64,000 nt of DNA from Chiloscyllium plagiosum (Eukaryota). The stretch covers positions 86,144,056-86,208,055 of the forward strand of contig NC_057719.1 in assembly GCF_004010195.1 (NCBI RefSeq). Direction: 5' to 3'. This document shows, piece after piece, positions 1 to 10,723 of the stretch (positions are counted from its first letter, which is position 1; each line of letters opens with the position of its first letter). Under the pieces are notes generated by a model that saw only the letters and a program-made list of their open reading frames with translations, had not been told where the DNA came from and did not search any database. Made by a program: the position numbers and the translations under genes.

Positions 1-135
1 GGTGCGGGGTTGTGGGACTATGAGGTTGGAGGCGGTGGATGGGAGATCCCCTGAGGTGATGAGGTTATGGACGGTCTGGGAGATGATGGTTTGGTGGTGG
101 GGTCATGGTCAAGGGGGCAGTAGGAGGAGGAGAAC
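1..135 (-). mobile_element. Penelope-like retroelement fragment
   Basis: G-rich sequence resembling the reverse of the Penelope RT-upstream region seen at about 39540-39660. Confidence 0.5.
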
Positions 136-289
136 AAAAAATGTTATCCATGGTTAAGAGTATGCTTGAAAAAAGTACCTGAAGGGTTAGCTGACTTAAT
201 TTCCAAGTTTATTATGGTAGAAACAGGTACCACAATTACTTTAGTTAAAATGAAAAGATACTTTTTATCAAATGTATGAACAGGTGAAT

Positions 290-1550
290 TAAGGAGATGA
301 AGGACGCCATTTGGTCCTTAATCTAGTCTACCATACAATAACATTAGCGTTGATCTGATTGTAACCTCAACTCCATATTCTCGCCTATCTCCGATAATTT
401 TTCACCCCCTTGCTTATGGTAGATTCTACCTCTGCCACAAATTTATGCAAAGACTCTGCTTTCACCATATTTTGAGAAACAGAGTTCCAAAGACTCATGA
501 CCCTCTAAAAGAAAATAAATTATCATCTCAATCCAAAATGAATGAACCATTATTCTTAATTGGTGGTCCCCTCGTTCTAGGAAATATTCTTTCCAGAGAC
601 CTCTCAGGATTTTGCAAGTTTCAATCAAGTTTCCTCTCACTCTTCTAAACTCCAGTGGTCACAAAGCTGGCCTGTCCAACGTTTTCCCCAAAGACAACCC
701 GTCCACTTAGGGTACTAATCTCGCGAAACATCTCTGAGCTGCTTCCAATGGATTTACATTCTTCCTTAAATAAGGAGACCGATACCATTCACACAGTATG
801 TGGTCTCATCTTATATGGCTGAAGCAGAACAAAGACATTCAATGGCCCTTGCAATAAATAACAGCATTCTATTAGCTTTCCTAATTTCTTACTATACTTG
901 TACAGTATCCTTTAGTGATTCTTTCACTTTGACACCCAGACCCCTCTGTATCCTAGAGCTCTGCAATCTTTCACAATATATTTGTTTTATTCTTCCTGCC
1001 AAAGTAGACAATTTCAAATTTTCACACTCTAACTGCATATTCCAGATTGCTGCCCACTCACACAATTTAGCTACATATCTTTGTAGCCTCCTTTCATCTT
1101 CTTCATGACTGACTTACCTTTGCATCATCAACAAATTTAGTAACTATGCATTCAGTCCCTTCCTCCAAGCAATTTTTATAAATTGTAAAATGTTGAGGTC
1201 CCAGCACTGATCCCCATGGCACACCAATCATTACATCTTGCCAAACAGGAAAATATAGTTTCCTGTTAATTAGCCAAATCCATGTCTTCTTCAGTCAAGC
1301 TATGCCAAAATATTACCCCTCCACTTCATGAGTCTTTAGTTTGTAACAAAATTGGTGTGATGCCTTATAAATGCCTTCTGGAAATCTAACTGCAGTAATG
1401 GTTTCCTGTATTCACATATTCCTTCTTCAAAGAACTCCAATAAATTGATTAAACATGATTTCCCTTTCATTTCACTCTGCATCATTACCTTGAATTTTCT
1501 TAAGTGCCCTGCTAATAATAACAAGTTCTAACATTTTCTGTATTACAAAT
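290..1550 (-). mobile_element. Degenerate CR1 LINE, 3' half
   Basis: Decayed ORF2 peptides (RGNLIETCKILRG; KSCLINLLEFFEE...LDFQKAF) and a CR1-like 3' end near 290. Confidence 0.8.
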
Positions 1551-3159
1551 GTCAGCTAACGGATTCACAGTCTTTCTTCCTTGAGACCAACATCACTATC
1601 TTCTCTAGGCTGTATTTAAAATGAACCTGACAATTATTTCCTTCACTAAACAGTGCTACACATAGGTGTGCCATGTAAGGGGCTTGTTTCCACCAAGGTT
1701 TTGAACAGTGAGGGATGGATTGATTTGAAGTGTGTACATCCTGAATGGTCTTGGCAGGCTGGACATGAAAAGGGGTGAGTTACTAGAACTAGGGAACATT
1801 GCTTAAAGCAGCTATGTCTACCTCCTTTTAGGATATGTTGAACATTCCTTGTTCCAGTTCTACATGGACAATCTCCCTCACTTCCTTTTCTGGTCCATTG
1901 ATGACCATATTGGTGCTGTTTTCAGTGCTTGCTAAACAAGTTAAGCCATGAGTTCCAAGTTCCTGCAAGTCATCTGACCTGGAAAAATACTGCCATTCCA
2001 TCCATATTGTGGCACCCAAACTCAGAACTCCCTTATAGCCAATGTAACAATTCAAGAAGATAGTTCATTGCCTCTTCCCCAGGCCAATTAAGGATGCTAG
2101 CCTTTACAGAAGCATTCACATCCAATGAACTAAGTTTTCTTAAAAGTTGTGGTATTAAAACATGAAGTGCTGGAGATGCTCAGGAAATCTAGCAGCATCT
2201 TTGGAGAGGGAGACACAGTAAAGCTTTTCAGAGTAATGATTCTTCTTCAGCATCTGCAGCATTTTGCTTTTATCCAAAAATTATATCTTCCCAGATGATC
2301 ATGTCGGATATCTTGTGAGATTTGCCACCATTATCAGTATGTGATATTGGGTAATGGTCATTTGCTGCCAACAATCCCTGTTTGTGTTTGTGCAGTTTCG
2401 AGCCTATGAAGTGATTAATGGTGGTTAATGTTGGCGATTACACCGCCATAAAATATATTCAGAAGAGACACTGTTCTTAGATAACAAGGTGTATTGGACA
2501 ATAACGAGTACAACCCCATCTAGTTTGGCATGATTACAGGATGTTAGGGTGCTGTCACAGACACATCTGTCTCCTCTGAAAATGAGTCTGGAACTCCTTG
2601 ACTCCAACCACAGTTTATATGTGAACTGTGTGGCATGGGTACAACCACCATACTAACAATAACCCCTTCAGAACCATTACATTACACAGGAGTAACAGTG
2701 ACTGGTCCCACTTGTATACAATGTGAGACTGTATTACACAGACTGTCTTTCACTTACAATAACTGTGAGTATTTGCATCCCATCACAGCACTGCCCGCCA
2801 TTCACTTACAGTATCTCTAGCACTCCCAGCCTTACTCCCCTTTCACGGTGCACGGATATTTATAGTACTCATGCTTTCACCCTCCTATCACAGAATACAG
2901 ATTTCCCTTTACCTACAGTGTGAGTGCTCCCACTTGCATGAATTCTCAGACCACATAGATTGCTCTTCAATTATAGTAAATGCAAGCTCTCTTACCCTCA
3001 CTTACCCATCATCGTGCATGCTGGACTTCACATACTGTAACACCCAATCACCCATCACAGAGCACCGACGCACTCTCACAATAATTTTAGGGACTCCACC
3101 TCACAAATCCTATTAGGCAGGCTACATACACTAGAAAGTACATTTGCTTGGATCCCTAC

Positions 3160-3411
3160 CTTTGGTCGTTTCCACAGTATGTTCTTCACTTTTGTGGACT
3201 TTTGTCCCAGTTCCTTATACCCGAGGGACTCCACCGAGGCTGGAAATGTATCATCTTCAAACAAAATATTTTTCTGCAGACAGTCCCGCTTCAGTGTTAC
3301 AAAGTTCTGCTCATTAAATTTGATGGGTTTGTGAATCGACCCTTCCCCCTCCCGCCTCTGTCTTTCACGTACTAGGCGGTCACAAAAGTGCCCGGATGGT
3401 GTGTATGGCAT
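3160..3411 (-). CDS. CAPN3: Calpain-3 alternative first coding exon, lens Lp82/AX1 type (84 codons)
   Basis: ATG at 3411 (gaaaccATG) reads MPYTPSGHFCDRLVRERQRREGEGSIHKPIKFNEQNFVTLKRDCLQKNILFEDDTFPASVESLGYKELGQKSTKVKNILWKRPK and ends at a phase-0 donor AAG|GTAGGG (3160/3159). This closely resembles the Lp82 N-terminus as I recall it (MPY..GFFCDR.IRER.RR.GEG...P.KF..Q.F..LK..CL....LFED..FPA....LG..EL.....K.I.WKRPK). An in-frame TGA lies upstream. Confidence 0.93.
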
Positions 3412-3429
3412 GGTTTCTAGCAAAAGGTG

Positions 3430-3690
3430 GATCTCTATAAGCAGACAGAGCGCTATTGAGGCAGCAACTACCACACTCAGCAGCAAATGATATCAGCTGG
3501 TACGTTACAATACCTTCAGAGGACACAAACTCCTGGCATAAATCCAGGCTGCTCATTCCTGATTGGATGGGTTTCAAAAAACGTCACACCTGCAGAATCT
3601 AGCACAAAAGACAATGTCCCTCAGGCCATTGGCCGGGGTACAATAGAGAAATAACAAAAAAACACATTGAGGGACTGCTGAGTTACAATA
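3430..3690 (-). promoter_or_regulatory. Candidate proximal promoter or 5'UTR of the Lp82-type exon
   Basis: On the minus strand: CRE half-site TGACGT (3581-3586), CCAAT (3562-3566), Maf-type TGCTGA half-sites (about 3477-3482, and about 3676-3681 on +), and an acceptor-like ttgtcttttgtgctagattctgcag| at 3590/3589. These are short motifs only. Confidence 0.35.
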
Positions 3691-4243
3691 GCCAGAAGGG
3701 TTGTGTTGATAATGTTAGTGAAGAATAGGAAGAAAAATAGAGATAAGCATCTTTTTTCTGTGTCCATAGAGCTGAAAGAGGCCCTGTCTACCTCAGCAAA
3801 TGGCATTCACATTTAAAGCTGCATTCAACAGGCTGTGTGCGTGATTTTAATATAATTGAGATGCAAGTCCATTGAATCATGATCTTATGGGCCTGGCTGG
3901 GCTGTTATGACCTCAAGTGGTGCAGTATTTCTCCCCCATAATTCTAATCCATACATTTCTCAATTCCTGTGGAGAGTTTTTCTCTCTTTGATCTCATTGA
4001 TTTACTTTGCAACACTTAACACTTGTGCTGAGAAAACAGGCTATATTTAATTGCAAGAATGTATCTTGAATACTGTTTCCAGCTCCTTATTGAAGAATAG
4101 ATGTGAAAAGCATTTGAGGCAGTTCAGAGAAGGTTTATTCAGTTGAAAGCTGGAATAAGCGGGTTTTCTCATGAGGAAAAAATGGACAGGCTTGTTTCCA
4201 CCAGAGCTTAGGACTACAAGAAATGACTTGATGCCTTTAAATA

Positions 4244-4375
4244 AGGGGAAAGTGAGGACTGCAGATGCTGGAGATCACAGTCAAAAAATGTAGTGCTGGA
4301 AAAGCACACCTGGTCAGGCAGCATCTGAGGAACAAGAGAGTCGATATCTCGAGCATAAGCTCTTCATCAGGAATG
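4244..4375 (-). mobile_element. Penelope terminal (pLTR) fragment with degenerate hammerhead motif
   Basis: gaaagtgaggactgcagatgctggag...gagcataagctcttcatcagg; same family as 5443-5655 and the end of the element at 37821. Confidence 0.75.
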
Positions 4376-4379
4376 AAGT

Positions 4380-4830
4380 CCAGTTCAATGATCACTATTA
4401 ACTATTTCATTACCCTTAGTAGCCAGTCTCTTCTCAGCAGGGGAAATATTCTGATGAAACTGAATATTGCCTCCTATGTGCCCCTGCAGCCTTCAGTCAT
4501 TTGAATAGAATATTTGATAAGAGACCTCAAATCCAACACTATACTACAAGGCAAACAGTCCACCTGTACGTGTTGGAAACATGGACAGTGGATAGCAGAC
4601 ACCTCAAGTTCCTACAGAGAAATTGCCAGGGACACCTCTACAAAATCCTCCAAAACTACTGGCAGGATAGATGCTACAAAGTCGGTGTACTTTCTCAGGC
4701 CAACTCCGCTAGTATCAAGCACTGGTTATGATCAACCAATTGTGTTGAGAAGGCACATTGTCTGAATGCTTGCTATCAGATTATCATAGACTTTACTTCG
4801 AGCTGCATCATGGTAAACAGTCACCAGAAA
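4380..4830 (+). mobile_element. Old RTE-clade LINE fragment
   Basis: Decayed peptide (LY.LETWTV.SRHLK.L...Q..L.KILQ..WQDR) typical of the RTE ORF C-terminus. Confidence 0.6.
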
Positions 4831-5442
4831 ATGCTGCAATTCAACAAGACAGCTCACCACAACGTTCCCAACAGCAACTAAGAATAGGCAATAAATGCTG
4901 GCCCAGCCAGCTTCTGCATAACTAAGACATACTGTAGTTCCTCCTTATGGAGGCATTGAAGATTATTTCAAAGAAACATTGCCCCTCACAGATGTAAAGT
5001 ATAGCCTTACTACTTTACTAACATGCCTGGTATCCTCGAACCAGATCCCAGCTATGGGTCAACTGTTACCCACTGCTTTATGTGTCTGCCTCAAGACAGT
5101 CAAATGCGCTGAGGTAGGTCATGTTGATAGTTGGTGGTCCCTTTAAGGATCATTCAGCTACTGTTGCATCTGAGTGCTTTCCACAAGTTTTTCCTCGGTA
5201 TTTAGTTTATAATGCCAAGAGGTGATGAAACACTGGGCAAGGCTGAGTCCCTAAGTCAGGCCTGGGTTATGCAGTGAAAAATCAAATGGAGAAGAAACTT
5301 CAACTATATGCACATTATATCATTTAATCTCACTGAAGTTCTGTATCTGCATTTCACCATCTTACACTGATGGAAGCATGCTAATTACACAGCTCATTAC
5401 TCAATTAACGTGGTTGACTCAAAAAGGTAAAACTGATTTCTT

Positions 5443-5655
5443 TGAGGAGAAAGTGAGGTCTGCAAATGCTGGAGAACAGAGCTGAAAATGTGTTGCTGGA
5501 ACAGCGCAGCAGGTCAGGCAGCATCCAGGGAACAGGAGAATCGACGTTTCGGGCATAAGCCCTTCTTCAGGAAGAAGAGCTTATGCCCGAAACGTCGATT
5601 CTCCTGTTCCCTGGATGCTGCCTGACCTGCTGCGCTGTTCCTGCAACACATTTTC
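5443..5655. mobile_element. Penelope-derived palindromic insertion with 14-bp TSD
   Basis: Perfect TSD aaaactgatttctt (5429-5442 and 5656-5669). Near-perfect inverted arms at about 5482-5568 and 5571-5656. Hammerhead core CTGAAGA-agggcttatgccc-GAAA on the minus strand at 5547-5570. Confidence 0.9.
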
Positions 5656-6359
5656 AAAACTGATTTCTTGTATTTAAAATTCCCTGGTCCATGCCAAAGT
5701 ATAATTCTAAAATATTTTGAAAACACGGTTGTTGGTCTTTCAGTAATTCATATGCTACATTGTTATATTTTAACTACCATAACTTTGGTGTTATTCATTT
5801 TAAAAGTGTTATTATGGAACAAACTTAGCTTCTGAAGCATTACATTCAAAGGACAGCTGGACTGGTGTGCATCAATTTGCGGAGGAATTGTCTGACCCAG
5901 CGCATTGGAGACAATGAAAAGAAAGTTTGACTTTCCAGTTATCATTCACACTCATTGCTGCTGCAAAATTTCTACTCATTAGGAGGCATCATTACCAAGT
6001 GAAGTTTTTGAATTCTGTTCAGCAGGGGATGGATATAGATTGTCTGACAATGAACAGTAACAATGTGCTTTTAAAGAAGAAAACTGGAAAAAAAGGTAGA
6101 AGCAGTCATAAAGTAAGTGTCTGCGAGAATGATGCAATATGTATGTGTTGTATTAATGCTTGGTTTCAGACCAGGCAGGTAGTTTACATTTAAGATAGTC
6201 AAATAATACAACGACACGTGGTGTTCCAGTATAAAGGCTCCCAATGTTGGCCTCGTTAGCAATTACGGTTGTAGAGGTGTTGTTGTAGTTGCAGTAACAG
6301 TAGTACACATGGTCTAGGTTCTTTGCTTAAGTCTGAGAGCATACCGCAATATAACAAAA

Positions 6360-7720
6360 CTCTCTCCGAATCTTGTATATTTAAATAAGATCACCCTTAA
6401 TTCTTCTAAATTGTTATGAGTAATGTCCTTAACCTGTTCAGCATTCTCAATAAATCAACCTCTTTATCCCATGTATCAGCCTGATGAATCTCTTCTGAAC
6501 TACCTCTATTGCTACTGTCTTTTCTTAAATACACGGACCAAAACCATACACAGTATTCCAGATGCAACCTCACGAATACTCTGTGTAGTAGCAACAAGAC
6601 TTCCCTACTTTTAAACTCCAAAAACCGAGCAACAAAGGCCAATAATGTTCAAAACGGCAGCAGAGTGAGACAACTCCTGTCAGAGCTCCTCTGCTCACCA
6701 GTTCCTTTTCCCTTTCCTTTCATTTTTTACTCTCTTTGCAGCAGTTTGTCTCCCCCACTCCCCAATGTTTTAAACTACCCTAACTGGAGAACGGAAGTGA
6801 GATGAGTTGCTGCCGGAGCCCAGAGCAGCAGGACAGTGAGCACAGCCTGAGTCCTGGAGTGGGGAGCAAAGTGAGCCCCGAGCGGAGCAGGGCAAGCTTG
6901 GGCCGAGTCCCAGGCCAGAGCTCAGAGTGGCAGCAGATTGAGTCCTGGCTGGAGGCCAGTGCGTGGAGGCAGCATAGCCTTGTGTTCTGAAGTCCAGCGG
7001 GCACAGACTCATGTTGGAAAATGACTATAACATGAGTACTTTAAAGACACTTTCTCATTCTGGACTTTTAAACTCTGTATTCCCATGCTAATTCTCTTTT
7101 TACTATTCCAATTCTGTGACGATACTTAAAGTATCTGTACCTGGGTACCTTGTACCTAAGGTGGCGTTGAGAAGCAACATTACAAACTTTTCACTGCACT
7201 CATTCGAGTCCACGTGATAATAAAGGCTATTCTATTCTAACATTCCATTTGCTTTCTTACTTACTTCCTGACCCTACATGCTAACTTTTTGTATTTCTCG
7301 CATAAAAACACCCAGACCCCTCTGTGCTGTAATTTCTTTTAAATATCTCTTCAATTAAGTAACAATCTGCCTTTTGATTATTCCTGAATGAATGATTTAT
7401 TTATTGTCATATATATCTAGGGAGATACAGTGAAAAGTATTCTGTCACCACAATCCAGCACCATTTTGAGGTAGAAGAAGAATAAAAGAAAGTACTTAAA
7501 TAGAGTTCACTTTCATTGGCCGGGGTCCCAAACAAAGTTTCTGAGCTCACACCTTCCTACACTGAGCTCTATCTGCCATGTTTTTGCCTCCTGACAATAT
7601 CCCCTTATTGATTCCTTATGCCCTCATCACAATGTCCTCTCTCTCACCAATTTTTGTAACGTCAGCAAATTGAGATGCATAATCCCCTCCCCCACTTCAT
7701 CAATATAAAGAGTGAATCAA
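6360..7720 (-). mobile_element. Degenerate CR1 LINE interrupted by a non-autonomous element (about 6650-7240) with an (ATTCT)n tail
   Basis: Peptide AFVARFLEFKSREVLLLLHRVFVRLHLEYCV.FWS. CR1 sequence resumes at about 7238 (aacattccatttgctttc). The insert ends ...cacgtgataataaaggctattctattcta. Confidence 0.7.
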
Positions 7721-7904
7721 CTTCTACAAAAGTATGATTCTCAGATCATTTAAGGACAGTGACTAATGAAACAAAGTGCAAAATGGTATGCACAGTCAGA
7801 CCTAAAATTTGTAAAGTTAATATAGGGCGCAGCCTACAAATGTCACATTCCAAATTCTTAATGCCAACTTGTTTTCTCGCTTTCTCGGAAATATTCAACT
7901 TTGG

Positions 7905-8660
7905 AAAATGTCAGTGGTCTGATTACTATGTTTGCAGATGACACCAAAATTGGCAGAGTTGCAAATAGTGATGAAGACTGTCAAAGAACACAGCGGGATA
8001 TAGATTGCAGATTTGGGCAGTGAAATGGCATGTGGAGTTTAATCCAAACAAATGCAAATTGATGCATTTTGGAAGATCAAACTCAGGTGTGTTTTATACA
8101 AAAAAATGGCAGAACCCTTTGGAGCATTAATATACAGAGGGACTTGGGTGTACAGGTCCACAGATCCCTGAAAGTGGCAACACAGGTGGATAAGGTGGTC
8201 AAGAACACATACAGCATGCTTGCCTTCATCGGCTGGAACATCGAATAAAGAAGTTGGTAAGCTATGTTATAGGTGAATAAAACTTTAGTTAGGCCACATT
8301 TGGAATATTGCATGGTGTTCTGGTCACTACAGTATCAGATGGATGCATTGGAGAGAGCTCAGAGAAGGTTTACCAGTATGTTGCCTGGTCTGGAGGGTTT
8401 TCGTTATGAAGAGAGGTTGGATAAACTCGAATTGTTTTCGCTGGAAAGACAGAGGCTGAGAAGTAACCTGATAGAGGCCTACAAAATTACGAGAGGCATA
8501 GATAGAGTGGATAATCAGAGGCTTTTTCCCCAGGGTGGACAGGTTAACTACAAGAGGGCACAGTTTCAAAGAGAGAATGGGGGAAGGTTTCAGGGAAAAT
8601 TGGTACAGGTTTGGTGGGCCGAAGGGCTGCTCCTGTGCTGTATTGTTTTTTGTTCTCTCA
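7905..8660 (+). mobile_element. 5'-truncated CR1/HER1 LINE
   Basis: FADDTK motif at about 7931, peptide KTLVRPHLEYC..FWS...LERAQRRFT.MLPGL, and a CR1-type 3' tail. Confidence 0.9.
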
Positions 8661-10403
8661 AATTCCAAAAGTGTTTGTGCAGTTTCAAGCCTAAGTGAGG
8701 TGATCTATTTGATGACTGCTTAATGGACTGACAATAATAGTGGAATAGAACTTGGGAACAACCTCACACCACTGTAGCAATCATCCTGGTTACAGAGGAT
8801 GCTGGCTTCAAGAGGAAATTCTGAGCTTAACCTTACATATATATTAGAAATTTTAAAACACAGTTAAAGCAATATTGGCAATGGCTACTGAGGTGATGCA
8901 CTAGAAAACCTGTAAAATCATGTTCCCTATTCCAGAGAGAGTCACCATTTCATTCAAGAAGTACAGTAGAACACTAGTATCCACAACAGTATGACACATA
9001 CCAAATTCTCTGTGTCTTTTTTTAAATTAATTCTTCGAAATGTGAGTGTCATAGATAGGTCAGTATTTATGTTCATCCCTAGTTGCTCTTGAGAATTTAA
9101 AGCATTCATAAATGAAGTGAGGCAACTCTCAAGGTACAAGAGTGCAATCATCTCCAAACTTATACTCTCAAAAGGCTGAATGCTGTTTGGTGAGATATAG
9201 TGATGATCTTTCAGAGACTTTAGAAATGACAACCAGGAAGCCCTTACCTCACAGTACTGAAGAAAAGTGAAGTGCAGTCACAAGTATTAGATCTTGTGAC
9301 AGCTGGACGTGGGGTCCCATTATTTTCTCACAAGAATCCTGAAAGATCTGTCAGTCATTGGCCAGCTCCAGTTCTTGTAGTTCAGTGCACCTGTCATTTT
9401 CCTAATCTATCAGTGACACAACATAGAATAACGCCTGTGTCGTTTTTATGGGGTTTTACAACTTCTAATACTTCTGTCAGGTTCAATTCAAAATTTCCTC
9501 TCTATCTGCAACCAGGGCCTTTACTAAAAAGATTTAGAGTATTAATAAGCTATTCAAATTGGGGATCATTGAATACAATCTCAAATATTTCAGGCCATTG
9601 TAAGAGGAACATTTTTCAAATGCTTGAGTAGTAAAACAAAATTCCTTTCTATTTGAATAGCTGGATAGACAATTGGGAACAATCTGCTCACATAATAGTG
9701 ATTAACAGCTTGGTGGGATAAGCTCCTCCCTTTCTTATAGGCTTAAGGGAGCTCTCTCTGTTTCTGTCTTGCTGACTGTCTAGTGGTAAGTGGGTTGTGC
9801 CTGAGAAAGCAACAATGGCTACCACTTTCATTGAAACCAATCATTTTTAAGAGAGAGATTCAAATTTCCAATTATTATCTAAAAGGTACACCAAAATCTT
9901 ACATGTAAATTTTTTTGTAAAAATTGATGATAAAACACTGTTAACTAAACACTATCACCCTTTCACAGAATCATAGGAGTGGTTATGATGTAGAAGAAGG
10001 CGATTCAGCCCATCGTGCCTGCACTGGCTGGTTAAATAAATATCATTACCTCATGCAAATCTCCTGCTTCCTCCCCATAAGGTTGCACAATATTTTCACC
10101 CAATAATAATCATCCAATGTCCCCCTGAATGTCTTAATTGAAACTGATCCACCACACATCCAGGCAGTGCATTCCTTAACTATTCATGAAGAAGAAAAGG
10201 ATTTTTTTCACATTATCTTTGTTTCTTTTGCAGATCACTTTAAATTTACGTCCTCTTCTTCTTGTTCATTTTATGAGCAGGAACAATTTCTCCCTATCCT
10301 ATCCAGTCCGCTCATGATTTTGGAAACCTCTATCAGACCTCCTTTTAGATTTCTTCTCTCCAAGGAGAACAGTTCCAACTTCTTCAGTCTACCCTTTTAA
10401 TTT

Positions 10404-10723
10404 ATAGACATCATGTGGAAGCAGGCCATTCAGCCCATCAAGTCCACACCGACATTCTGAAGAGCAAATCCAGGCTCTCCCTCCCTATCCCCAAAACCAC
10501 ACATTTTCAATGACTAATCCACCTAGCCTGCATATCCATGGACACTCTGAGCAATTTAGCACAGCCAACTACCCAACCTGCACATTTTTGGACTGTGAGA
10601 GGAAACCGAACCACCCAGAGGACACCCACACAGACACAGGGGGATGTGCAAACTCCACACCTGAAGGAGGAATCGATCCCGGGTCCCAGGTGTTGTGAGG
10701 CATGTATTAACCACCGTGGCCAC
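10404..10723 (-). mobile_element. HE1-type tRNA-derived V-SINE (older copy) nested in a CR1 fragment (about 9965-10850)
   Basis: V-domain (gcaatttagc...cctgcacatttttggactgtg.gaggaaacc...gtgcaaactccaca) and tRNA-like head. Confidence 0.85.

Noticed and set aside
2290..2345. Possible CAPN3 exon 2
   Set aside because: Translation does not give the expected EIC..P.FI..GA.RTDICQG motif. Exon 2 probably lies beyond position 1.
3076..3486. ORF-track N-terminus resembling a signal peptide (MLLSVVVAASIALCLL...) ahead of the calpain exon
   Set aside because: Starts at a TTG. The first ATG (3411) has a good Kozak context and matches the known Lp82-type start. Calpains are cytosolic.
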